A stretch of DNA of 64,000 nt from Heteronotia binoei (taxonomy: Eukaryota), in NCBI RefSeq assembly GCF_032191835.1, contig NC_083243.1:170252001-170316000 (forward strand), given 5' to 3'. Position 1 is the first letter of the stretch, and every line of letters starts with the position of its first letter. A program made the translations under genes and the position numbers. Shown one piece after another: positions 33,866 to 47,400 of the stretch. The notes under the pieces were generated by a model that did no database searches, had not been told where the DNA came from, and saw only the letters and a program-made list of their open reading frames with translations.

Positions 33866-35483
33866 CACAGCCGCTGAGAAAATAGTTGGCCACTGTGATA
33901 GACAGGATGCTAGGCTAGATGGATAGTTGGTTTGATCCAGCAGGACTTCTTTTGTTCTTAAGGACATAAAAAATGACAGAAGCAGAATGGATAATTCCTG
34001 GCAGGAGTGTTGACAGGAAGTGATACAAAGACACTTGCTCCTGGACAGGGAGAATGGGAGATCAGGAGAAATGCCAAGTGTTCAAAGCTACTACCAGCAT
34101 TCTTGAAATCACAGATAATTTGCGGCAGGAAAAGTTGAGAGAAGATGGCAAATCACGTGCGCAGGTGGACATGAGCCTCAACAGAAGGAATTCTTAGTAT
34201 TTGCATAATAAACACTACATCTCACCTAGACTGCTTCTGTGACATGCATACTACCAGTTGAGAAGCACTGCCGTAGAAGATTTTCACAAACAGAGGAGGG
34301 GATGATTATAACCAATCCCCACCTCAAGACTCACTCCTGGTCTGGACCTCAGTCTATTCACTCATGCAGTTCCTGGGCATCACTCGGTCCCAGGAAAAAA
34401 GAAATGCTTTCTGGAAGCAGAAGTATTCCATAGGATCCAAACCCTGGAAACCTGCATTTGTGCGATACAGCACTGGTACCAGTTATATTGTAACTCAGAA
34501 AACAGCAGCACACTGATAAATAACATTCCCAATTTATTAGAGACATATGTAGAAAACCATTAATAGAATCTGAAAACTAAAATGTGAGCATGGTTAAAAA
34601 AAGGAGCTTATGACTAAACTCCTCATATTAACAATGACACAACGTTAACATCTCTATAAGTCACTGCCCCATACTTTGCACATTAGAGGCAATAGGGGCA
34701 GCTACCAGCACAGTACAAAACTCCCTGGCCCACACATGAACAGGTTACTCTATGCTGGCAGCCGCTGATTCAGGAGGTCCTTTAAGACTAGGCAGCAGCC
34801 TAGTCTCTGGCACAGCAGCATGCTCAGGCTCAGCTAGCATTCAATTTCTGGCACTCAAGGATTTAAACCCCTAATGATGAAAAGAGACACCATCAGGATT
34901 TCTGCTGTTACAAAGTGTTAATGGGTAATGAAACCTACCAATGATAAATTTCTAAGTATCTCCAACCGGAAAGATCACTCCGGAGAAAATAAAATCAATA
35001 GGACCTAAGTGTCAGTTTTGACTGCAGAATTGGTCAAAACTGGCAATGTTTGTTTAATGGAAGATCTTAGCATCACTGGTGAACAGGAGATAGGGCTCCA
35101 CTGCAACTAAAAGTGTTGCTTCTTTCCACAGCCTCTATTCATTTGCAGAATCTTTCAACTCGTCTTGAAAAACAAAACGTTATATAATATCCATAATGGG
35201 AGATAACTCCTCTTAACTATTCTAATCAGCTCCTCAAAGCGAGCTCCAGATTGTTCTGGAAAAAGAATCAGGAAACCACCCCCCAACACGCACCAAAACA
35301 ACAACAACAAAAAATCAGAGAAGCAACAAATAGGACCAGTAGGGAGAATCATTATTTTTAAATACATCTCGTGCTGCTGGGTAGAGGCAAATGCCTGGTG
35401 ACTCATGACGGGGGGTTAAAATGGAAATGAAAAAAAAAAGGGAAATTAAATGGCAAGGAACACACAGTTCAGTCCAGTGGGTT

Positions 35484-38400
35484 CTATTTATCTTTTTTAG
35501 TCTCTCCGTTGAGCTCAGTTGCAATAGGTTGCTCCTCGGAGATTTCTTCACTCTGCTTAGGTGTTTTCTTCGCCCTCTGGAACAGCTCATTGAGGTTGAA
35601 CTCCCGAATCACATTCTCCTGTGGCAGACACAAACCAGCATTGCTTAGTGGCAGTCTCATATCCTTCCCCACATGTTCAGTACAAGACTCACATCCTTAT
35701 CTGGAAGACCCATGGCTTAGAGGTAGAGCATCTGATTTACATGTAGGTGGTCACCCAGTTTGCTGGGTCTCATTCTCCCTTTAGACCAGGGTTTCCCAAA
35801 CTCCCCCTCTCCCCGTGGCCTGGTTTTTTCCCCGTGGTCTGGGCGGAGGATGCTCAGGGAGTGATACAGAGACTGCACACCAGCCAGGAGCTTTCCCCGT
35901 CCTTCTCTGATGTTTCTGTACATCAGAGAGGGACGGGGGAGGACTTCTGGCCAGCACATAGCTTTTGTAGCACTCTTAGCGTCCTCCGGCTGGAGGATGC
36001 TCAGAGTGTGTTACAGTTAGCAGCAGCATGGGGGGAAGGGGCTGGAGCATGCAGTGCCGAAGATAAATAGAGGGGGGAGGGGCTGTCGGGCCACCCCTGG
36101 TGACCAGCTATTGAGGCTTGTGTGGCCCAGTACTGGGCCACGACCCTGCAAATGGGAAACACTGCTTTAGACAGTTACAAGATACTATATGGCATGTACC
36201 CCTATCTAAAGACCCTACAGATAATATTTCTTATATCATTACAACAGCTGCCAATGAGGCTCCAGTTAAAATGTCCACCTCAAACATTTTAATTAATTTA
36301 CAACCTCAAATTCTGGTCTGGCACATGCTTCCTAAAATACTTAAACCAGGATTTACACCACCTGGCCAACTTATTGTTTTGGGTTTCAATTCAGTATTGG
36401 AACCTTTGCCTCAGTATATGGGTTCCTTTTTATGACAAGCTCTCATTAAATCACCTTCCTGTGTTAAGGATACTAAAGATGTCTTTTCCATTACAGAAGG
36501 CAAAATAATTTCACTGGAGACTGTTTTGACCTTTTTAAAGGAGTCAATTCCCTCTATACAAGTATCCCTCATGAGAAGGAGCATATGGTGCTTGAATCTA
36601 TTCTGGATTCTTGTAACAAATTGAAACCGCCTATATATTTTTAATGGAGCTGACTTACTTTAAAGGGTGGGGGAGGAGAGAGTCTCAGGTTTGCTAGCCA
36701 GTTCTGTTACTGCACAAGAAACATAGGAATGGGCATTCTTTTTGCTCCTGATTTAGCTGACTTATTCATGAGCCCCTTGGAAGATTCTATAACACACAAT
36801 CTGGACCAGAACCCTTTTCAGTGATTAATTGCAAGTTAATCACTGAAAAGGACTTCAGTAACAGAAGAAGGATTGCAGATTTATACCCCACCATTCTCTC
36901 TGAATCAGAGACTCAGAGCAGCTTACAATCTCCTGTATCTTATCCCCCCACAACAGACACCCTGTGAAGTGGGTGGGGCTGAGAGGGCTCTTGCAGCAGC
37001 TACTCTTTCAAGGACAGCCTCTCCAAGAGCTATGGCTGACCCAAGGCCATTCCAGCAGGTGCAAGTTGAGGAGTGGGGAATCAAACCCGGTTCTCCCAGA
37101 TAAGAGCCCACGCACTTAACCACTACACCAAACTGGCTCTCTTATACACCTATTTTGACCCTGCTAAATTATATAGCAATCTTCCATAAGGCCAATATTT
37201 GAGAATTAAAAGAAACTTAACGCTACATGAGCATCATATTCAAAAAAAGATTTTAAAAACTCAACTAGAGGTTACCCAGTTAGAATTTTTAGGACACTGA
37301 TATTAAAGCTTAATACCTAAGTTTGAACTGCTTAAAAAAAAACTAAAACTGTTAAGGAACCAGAATGCAGTGGCCTGTGTCCTTATGGGGACACCACTGA
37401 CTGCACATATCCAACCTGTGCTTCATCAGCTGCATTGACTCTAGATTGAGTACCGGGTCAGGTCCTGACCTTCAAGGCCCTAAGCGGTCAGGGACCAACC
37501 TACCTGCGGAACTGCCTCTCTTGGTATGTCCCCCGGAGAGTGCTGCACTCAGGAGAACAAAATCTGCTAGAAGTTCTTGACCCAAAGTATCCAGCTGTCC
37601 TCAACCAGAGCCAGGAATTTCTCAGCCCTGGCTATGACTTGATGGAACTCTCTGACAAATGACACCAGGGCTCTGCAGGACTTGTTACGGTTCTGCAGGG
37701 CCTGTAAGGCAGATGTTCCACCAAGCATACTGTAAAGCACAGCAATGGCTTTTAAGAGCAATCAGTTGCATTCTCACTCTTCCCCTTGTCTCCGGGGGTC
37801 ATTATATCCCTGAGCCTGCTTGGGGGGCGGGCAGGCTATAAATGGAAAATAAATAAATAAATTTATTCTGTGGTGCCAGATAGGTTTTATGATTTCTCTA
37901 TGATATTTGTATGCTTTTAATGACTTTTGTATTTTATGTGTATACCTAGATTAGTAGATGGGTTTTAATATTTTTGACGTAATCTGTTGTACACCGCTCT
38001 GAGCTCGCTCTGTGGGGAGGGCAGTATAAAAGTTGAAATAATAATTGTTTTGACGATCTACAAGATCACTGCGAGTTGGAGCTGTAGAATATCTCTGTCT
38101 GTAATACTAAACACGTCATATTTTATCACATGAATATCTGCTCTACTAGAACTTATGTAGTGGAACGTCACTCTTATATAGGAACTATGACTACAGAAAA
38201 AACACCTGTTGAATATTTTGTAGGTAAAGGGGAAATATATGAAATTGCAGTTTTTTGTCACTGAAAAAAATATTAAAATTATTTCACAGCCTTTTAATAA
38301 AGTGGAACTCTAAGCTGTTATGCAAGGATGTGGGGTTGATTAATAGTTTAAAATGTTAGATATATGGCTTTTAACCAATTTTATTAATCATGTTCCTAGA

Positions 38401-41400
38401 TGAGGAATGTAGAACAGTACAACACAACAGCAACTTTACAATTGTAGTTTTTCTATGTATAATCCTGCTTTTCTATATGATCCTAATTTTGTCTGTATAT
38501 ATGACACGTTTACCGACAGGGGTCCCTTTTTTCGTCAAATCATACATACACATTTTTTAGTATGTGGGTCCCTTTGAATTAGTTCTTTTTTTCCATTTCA
38601 GTGACATTCAATAAACCTAGTAGCACATCGGCAATAAGTTATGTTGACTATTACATCAGTTTGCTATCATGTCTCATTCACTTTATGCTTTCCATTCTGT
38701 AATATGCACTTTATTTCACTGACTGCTGTTGGAAATTTCCAAGCAGAATATTACATAGGTACTAGAAATAAGGTCCGTTGTGGGAAAAATACAACGGGCT
38801 CTCGAAAGAGGCTCTGGGTGAGTACCCCCCCCCCCTTGCTGTCTTCCCACCTATCCACCAAAGTGAAGGCATTCACTCCCCCCGCCGCGACCCTTGGTGC
38901 CTTACCAGCCACCCACACTCCAACTACCCCCAACAACCTCTTCCTCTCAACTACCCCACAACAATGGCACCCCACTACTCCCCCCACTAGTGACATTCAC
39001 TCATCCCCCTATCCTTGCTGTCTTCTCACCCACCTTGCTGTCCCAACCCTTGTCTTTCATCCCATCCTGCAGCTGAAACAGATGCTGGCTTCCCCGTGCA
39101 CATGTGTTTGTGTCCCTGTGGTATCTCAAAGCCCTGAAAGAGGCTCAGAATGGGGATAAGGAAGAATAATTATGAGGGGGGGGGGAGATGATGGTCACGT
39201 AGACGCTGAAGCTCAGCATTCCTTTTATTTGCAGTGCACTGTTGTTACCTTTTCCTGTCCTATTCAGCCTTGTGGCTTTTAGCATCATTGAGAGCTTGTG
39301 GCATGATCTGGGGTTTTTTGCCTGGCACGGTTGTTTTATGGTATTCCATAGGGCATGCACCACAAGGTGGCTGTTTTCTGTAGGGCAGGGGTATCAAACA
39401 TGCAGCCCCCAGAAGGCTATCAGGCCCGGGAGCAACTCACTGTCATCTGCTTCCTTCTCTTCCTCTTGCCTCCTTCTGCAACATAGCTTGCTTTGCCAGG
39501 CTTGCTCAATCACACCGGCGCTACAGAGCAAAGCCTCTATTTTCTCCACTGGCTGACCAGCACACGAAGCAACTTATGTACAAAAGCTCTCAATACCCAC
39601 CCATTTCATGTTTTCCCCTGGGTCTTAGGCTCAAAGCACTGACCATGAGATTTCTGTAATGAATGTCACTCAATCAAAAGTAGGTTTGCAGCTTACAGAC
39701 ACACACCTGAACAGCATACTCAAGATTGCTACAGCACAGACATTGTCTCCAGATTTTGATGCAATAATTCAGAGCAAGAGGTATCAGTTATCAGAAACTG
39801 TTAAATAAACAATATATTGCAACAGTGCTAATCTTTTAAGCGTATTTTATTTTACGATTTAAAAAAATCTTTGTGTTTGTCTGTGTCCTTTATAAAGTTT
39901 ATCTCTCCGCGACCTGGCAATACATTTTATGACACACATGGCCCAGCCCAAAGAGGTCTCATTTATGTCAGATCCGTCCCTCATAACAAATGAGTTTGAC
40001 ACTCCTGCTCTAGGGAAATTGATCTGACTTCAGCTTTCCATCTCCTTCCCCTTCTCTGAAGCCTCTATTTAGGAAAAGGACAGTCTTTCTCCCCAGTGAG
40101 GTCCAAAGCAGCTTACATTATTCGCCTCTTCTCTTTTTGATCTGCAGTAGAACCCTGTGAGGTTGGCTGAGCTGAAAGTCTATGACTGGGCTGAAATCAC
40201 CCAGCCAGCTTCCATAGCGAGAACCTGAGCCTAGCAGACCCTGCTCTGAAGCGCTAACTCCTATGCTATACTGGCTGTCATGGGGGGGCTGCTACTGAAC
40301 AGAAGCAAGCAGCCAGGCTTAGTGTAGCGAACCTCCAGGTGGAGCCTGAAGATCTCCTGGTATCACAACTGAACTCCAGACAACAGATCTCTCTCCCCCT
40401 AGGGAAAATAACTGCTTTGGAGAGTGGACTCTGGCATTTTATTCAGCTGAGGCCTCTCCGCTCCCCAAACTTTGGCTTTCTTAGACTCCACCATAAAATC
40501 GCCAGGAATTTCCCACCAACCTGAAACTGGCAACCCTAGTCAGGACTGGCCCCAATGAGTTCTCCCTCAAAGGCCAAAATAGGCCTGGAAAGGGCTTCCA
40601 CCTTTTACTGACAAAACCAAGTTTTGTTGCCTAGCAGTAGCCCAATCCTCATCTGTCCTGGGTTAAGGCTGAAGGTAGGAGGGAAGGAAGAAGTGACAGG
40701 AAAGAGGCAGTCAGTGTGGCCTCTGATGAAACACTCCTGGTGGGGGCCAGGCCTTGCTGCCTAGTCACATTTCAAGGAGAAGGCTTGCCCACCTGTTCAC
40801 CTGAGTAGTCATCTGCCCTTTGTTCCCCATCTCTTTGCTGTCTCCTTGCTGCTACTGCCTACTTTCTCTGCTGAATGCCACAGAGAGTGGGTAGGCAACA
40901 GTAGCAGGAGAGAGGAGTGGACTCAACCAATGGAAGGCAACAAAACTTGAGTAGCAGTTGACAGGCCAATGGCTGATGTGGTGAGTCGTGACCAGTATGT
41001 CTGGGTGCATGCATGCAAACACACACAGAATCCTTAAATATGTATGAACTTAAAACTAAAACATTAAAGTTTTAATTATGTTTATAATTATACAAAACAG
41101 GTGAGGTTTTTCTAAAATTCAATTTAGTACATTTTTATAGCTTCCTTCAGGCTGGGTGTACATAAGGAATATTTATTTGCGTATCAGCATTAAAGAGTTA
41201 ACACTGTTAAGTGACAAGGGAATGTTTCAAACTGCAGCTGTGTTCAAAAAGGCTCCGTAGTGTTCTTCTGTATTGTATTTGAAAACAAAATAAAAAATAA
41301 CGTAGTTCTACAGAGAAATCTGGCTATATCAGAATAGTGACCTGATAAACCCATATACTGGTGTAACTCTTGAGTTATGTCAGTGTATGGGAAGTTTACA

Positions 41401-44400
41401 TTGGAGCAGGGTGCTGCAGAGCTGAGTCCCACTGCCGTAGGAGTGCCACAGCTGCACACCAGTGGGGCGATGGCACAAACCCTGCTGCCTATGGGCATTC
41501 CAGGGGGCATGGCAGCGGTTAGGCGGTTTCTAAAGTATTTTCAGCATGGGAATGCCCCTCTGAGCAGGCACAAAGTTGTGCCAGCAAGGATGGCATTGTC
41601 AGCCATTGGCATCCATGGTAACTTCAAATTCAGTCTTCCCCACACAGCTGCCGCCACACCCAAGCAGGCTCAGGATACCAACTACATTCTCACTCAGTCA
41701 GCACACTCCCTTGCTCTGGCTGCACTCAGGGTCCAATTATGCCTCCCAACCCTACAAATGGTTGCAGAAGCTCCCCCCCAGTGCAGAGGTAGTGTGCAGG
41801 ATATGGAATGCTGTCTGACAGCTCTCTGCTGTGCAAGTGTACATGCGCTCTGGTGGCAGGCACATCACAGACAAGATACCTAGTGCTGCTGGGAGAGCAA
41901 CTGGGGGGAATACACCACAGGGTGAGCAAAGCCCACACTTTGTGGCTGACCTCTCCCAGATTTCAGCCCCCACAGGTGCACCAGGCCCTCCTCTGGGATT
42001 CTAAGGAGCAGCTGCATATGAATAGGTAAGCAAGGCTCCCATACTTCTCCTGGGCGTACCGTGATGCCACCAAACCACACTGGACACAGCATCTCCCCCT
42101 CCTGAACCCAGCAGCCATGTGGGTGAGCAATAGGTCTTCACACAAACATGGATGCCACATACCAGGCAGCTGCTGGCACTGTGATGGCTGTGAACTAGCC
42201 AGGTGGCAACACTTCCCCAGGTCAAAACCCTGCGGCAGCTAGCAAGCATCACCAACCTATGTGCTGGCCATACCCTTTCAGTCCAGGAGAAGTATGCCCT
42301 GAATAGTGCTAACGCCATTTCTCTTCCATTACAGGGAGGTGCCAACAGGATGCCAACTCAGGTGGAGGGTGCAAGAACCTTCACCTGGGCCCCCCCCCTT
42401 GAGGTACTGGAGTGCCAGATGGGGCACTCCTTTTGCCTCATGGAGACCCCTATGAAACTGCTAATGGCAGTTCTGCCATGACAGAATGTTGCCAGCTGCT
42501 GCATCATCTGTTTTGGCCCATACAGCTGCTGATCCAACAGGGAGAGGGGATATCCCAGCCGTGCATCCGAAACACCATCAAGTGCTCATGCTGCAAGAGA
42601 AGTGCCCAGACACATCTAGCAACCTGGTCGTTCCCTCCCCCTTGCCTTTGAGGAGGCACCTTAGTAACAAAGGACCGAGCAGGATACTAGTTGCAGGTGC
42701 TGTGATCCCACGAGAACCACTCCATTGTCCCTGGATATCTTTAATAAAGCTGAATCATTGTGCCGACCTGAAATGTTGGTATCTGTTGGGAAGGGAGCAG
42801 GAGGAGAGTGTTGCTGAAGCAACAAGAACCCAATAGACACAACAGGGGCAGGGGCTTCACCCTGGCAAGACTGCAGCCACAGAAACAGGCACAGATGGGT
42901 GGGAGGGTAAGGCAAGGGGACAGGCTGCCATTCCCCCAGCTACAGACACACGATGGACTGGCATCGGGTTGTGGGTCAGCCGACTCACCCCATGGAAGAA
43001 GGGAAATGGGAGTCATCCTAGGCAGCAATACCATGAATGACTGCTTCCAGAACAGCCCTGGGGAAGGTGGCTGGCCCTGGTGGGCTGGCATGGCTCGACA
43101 AGGAGAAATGGATTGGATGGTGAAACAAAGCTGCTGGCATAAAGGCCCGCCACCACAGTGAGATCTGACTGATAGCTGAAAGTGCTGCGCAGCGGATAGA
43201 GTCAATATCAGAGAGCACAGCCCTACAAAGCCTCCCAAGGGCCACCTTGGAGAATATTTGGGTATGCAAATAAGGGGTTCAAAGGCAAGCACTAGCAGTA
43301 ACTAGGCAGTGTCGGCTGCCCACAGCACTAGTGATGGGTGCCACAAATGATATGCATGCCACCCTTTCAGATGACTCTCCAGCAGCATGCCATCACTGCT
43401 TCCCTGGCCTCCTGCCCCTCCTCCTGTTGTGCCTCCAACTGGGGTGGCACGTGGGCTGGCACAGATGCTCTCAACAGTGCAGGCACCCTGTTGGATGCTG
43501 CAGCTGGCAGTGAGCACCCTCACATCCACATTCTTGTCCATCATCACCCTCTGGGGCCCTATGCACTCTGTATGCTGAGCACCACCTTGGGGGGCCCACA
43601 GGGCTAACAGATGACAGCCCCCTCCCTACTGAAAGATGGCTGACACTTGTAATGGGATCTGGTCTCTTTAACAAGGATGTGCAGCAGAGGAGAATCATCA
43701 CTCTCCTGGTCTGCTCCTCTCCACCCCCTGCCAGTGACAGATGCTTGGCTCAGTCACCTTGACTCGTGACTCCCATTGGTCCTGCCTGCCCTGTCTATGC
43801 CATCCCAACCTCACAATAACACTGGAGTGGAATGCTGCAGTGGAATCACCACAGACACCATTGCAGCACTGCCCAGCAACATTGCTGGGGCACTTTTTTC
43901 CCATTTGGCCACCACATAACTATCCCTTTAAGGTGATGACTAGTGGTCCCACTGCTGTCCCACGGCTGGCTGCTGCAGCAAAGGCACAGCACAGAATTGC
44001 TCTGCCCACGTCCTTTATTATGTACTGTAGTGATTATATTAATCTTTATAAAAGGACCGAACAACATTTTTGTTTTGTTTACAATATACTGAAAAATCCT
44101 TCAAACAGAACTACACCTGTATTCCTATCTTGAACTTGAACTGCATCTGAATGTGAATTGTCATTCCTCAGTCACTATCATTTGAACTATATATTTCGTG
44201 TTCCTACGACAACTGCTTAGTTTTAACGATGCTATCAGGGTCACCACCATGTTGCCCTGTCAACTATAGCAGTGCCTGCAGTCAGGACTACCATTTGGAA
44301 AAGAATCCCTACAACAGAACTCCTAACAAGGCATACTTATACTAAAATTCCTGTGTCGACCTGCGTCAATGCTGGATTTTTTAAAATAGCAAAGTGGGAG

Positions 44401-47400
44401 GGGAAAAAAATCTATTAAATAATATACCTCAGAGAAGTTCCACGAGACTGCTCGTCCCTTTTTATCTATCTGTGGACGGCGCATCATCTCCTTCCCTCCC
44501 TGGAAAAGGATTAAGGTGGGCAACTGCTTGGTAAGAGGAGAGGTGCTGACTTTGTACCTGTGAAGAGACAATTGGTACAAAGTTCAAAAACAAATGAATG
44601 GCCAACCTCCTCCCCCATAACTGCCCCCACTAATGGAAGAGGAATCTTCATGGCACTACACACCACACAGGGCACATCAACTTTGGCCTTCTCCACCTGT
44701 CCAGTCATCACACCCCTGAGAAGTTTCCTAAAGCAAGAGCTTCTGAATATATCTCACCTGGTGGCAACATCAGGGTAGCGGCCCACATCCACCTTTCCAA
44801 AACACAGTCCAGTGCAGTTATACCTGGCAGAATACAACAATTATAAGAGACCACTTAGAAAAGTTTGGAGAACCTCAAGAAGCCTAGACGTGCACTGTCA
44901 GCTAATTACAGCACAATCTCACCATTCTTTCCCATTTCAGCCACTGCTCTGAGTCGGCATGAACTCACTGAGAGGCAGACCTGCACCTGCCTCCATAAAC
45001 AGCAACTGGCCTAATGCAATATTTCCAGGGAAAGAGGATTATTCCTTAGGTCTAAAATTGAAACAACTTTTTACACTAACTACAGGTCATCATTATGTGG
45101 ATACAAGATTTTTCAGGAAAGGTGTCTTGCAGCTCATACCTAGCCTAAAGCTTGATTCAGGTGGGTAGCCATGTTGGTCTGAAGCAATAAAGGTAAAGGT
45201 AGTCCCCTGTGCAAGAACTAGTCATTTCTGAATCTGGATGACATCACAACATGACGTTTTCACAGACTTTTTTTTTACAGGGTGGTTTGCCGTTACCCTC
45301 CCCAGTCATCTACACCAGGGGTGGCCAACAGTAGCTCTCCGGATGTTTTTTTTTGCCTACAACTCCCATCAGCCCCAGCCATTGGCCATGTTGGCTGGGG
45401 CTGATGGAAATTGTAGGCAAAAAAAACATCTGGAGACATACCGTTGGTCACCCCTGATCTACACTTTACCCCCAGCAAGCTGGGTACTCATTTTACCGAC
45501 CTCAGAAGGATGAAAGGCTAAATCAACCTTGAGCTGGCTACCTGAACCCAGCTTCCGCCAGGATCGAACTCAGGTCGTGAGCAGAGCTTGGACTGCAATA
45601 CTGCAGCTTACCACTCTGCACCACAGGGCTCTCTGAAGCAACAGAATAAAGTTTGCTGAAGCACACTGAAGAACTCTGCTTGCACATGAAACCTCGTACC
45701 TTGAATAAAACTTTGTTGCTCTCAAAGGTGCCACTGAACTGTAACTTTATTCAAGTCCAAAGCTATTAAAGTCAGAATCCTCCTTTCATTATTAGCGTAA
45801 TAAAAAGCCTATGGCTCAGCTGATTGGTAGGGCTACTAGAATCTACTATGAAGTGTTACACAACACCAGTCAGCAGAAATAAGCTACTACCAGTTTAGGT
45901 ACTAGCAGTGCAATCCTAACCATCAGCAGACCACAGACTTCACTGGATTTAAAAGTGCGTAACTCAGCTCAGGACTGCACCGCAGATCTCTTTCCTCCTT
46001 CTTCCATGCCTTTTCCAAGGTTCACTGAAATGTAAAGCAACTAACCAAGCTAGTTTACTTTATATTTAAAATTTATTTCCAAAGGAGCAAATATTGTACA
46101 GTCCTACTAGTCCATGTATAATCCAAAAACAAAATCTATGTAATACATTTTGTTAGGATCACATTGACACAAAACACTGTGCAATCATCTGAGCTCACCA
46201 GAGTTCTTCGTCATGCTGGATGTTGCAAAGTTTGAAAAACTAGAAGAGCAGAATGCAGATTTTCTCAGGCCATGATGTTTTCTGATCTTCCCTGAAAATT
46301 TGTAACATCCAGCTAATGAAGGTATTACACAGAGCTTGTTCCTGTGCTTGGAACCTTAAAGAGAATTACACTCTAGAAAAATATGCAGTGCTCTATATAG
46401 TGTGAATTGGGATGTTGCTTTTTACTTATATTTAGTAAACAAATTGTTTTCTGTGGAATACCTGAAAAGAGAGACAGACAAGAGAGCAACTCCTTACATT
46501 GTTTAAGTTTAAGGGAAACAATGAAGGCACTGAAAACTGTTGACACCTCAGTTTCAGCACACCTAAAGAATTGTGCTTGATTTGTTGTGGACATGGTTGT
46601 CCACTCTTCTGTTTCAGCAGCCATTCAATCTTTGCCATGTGGATGTTAACCTTCATTTCAGTATCATTCAGCACAGCATTAGTTCCATATCAGATTGAGT
46701 ACAATAGCCCTTCCACGATGTAAGAGGAGACACAAAAAGAGAATTTGGGTTTGATTTGACCTGCACAGCCAACACATGCATTCACAACTTTTTTATTTTG
46801 GTTATTATATGTATTTCTGGTGGGGGTTTCCCCCTGCTACTCCCGATTTACAAATCTGGAAGATGTGCAAGTAGCTTCTCATCCTGAACAGCCTGGGCTG
46901 AAAAAACAGCCCTGGAAAAGCCATCCTCCTCCCCCTGAAAACAGGCGCGAGAATGTCTGCCCAGCCAGCCCTTGCACCCTCTCACTTCAGTAATGGTGTG
47001 TTAAATTTCAACTTTGAGAATCTGGCAAAACTCCTTTCCCCATACTGTATGTATACTAGAATGCTATTGCAAGAATTGTGTTTGCACTTAAAATAGCCAC
47101 ATGTCTTATATTCCAGGGCATTGGCCACCAACTTTGCCTCAGAGCTATGACACAGGACTATTCCAGTTGTTTAATAAAAAAAGGAAGGACTAACTTGAGA
47201 GACAAGTCAGCATAGATGGGAGCAAATGATTGGCACTCATTAGACCAGTTAGCAAAGAATTCAACAATCCAGGTAATCCGTTTATCCCGTGCTAGTTCTT
47301 CCTGTAAAGAGAGGAATCAAATTGTTATCATCCAAGGGCTTTAGCGATAGACATACTTCTTGCAAAAATTGGAAAATTAACCTATCATGATGTACAACCA

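Larger units (their letters stand above)
29100..33960 (+). mobile_element. CR1 LINE 3' fragment split by a Sauria SINE and a copia element
   Basis: CR1 ORF2-end and 3' UTR sequence at ~29100-29159, 29465-29937 and 33866-33960 reads continuously once the inserts are removed. Confidence 0.75.
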
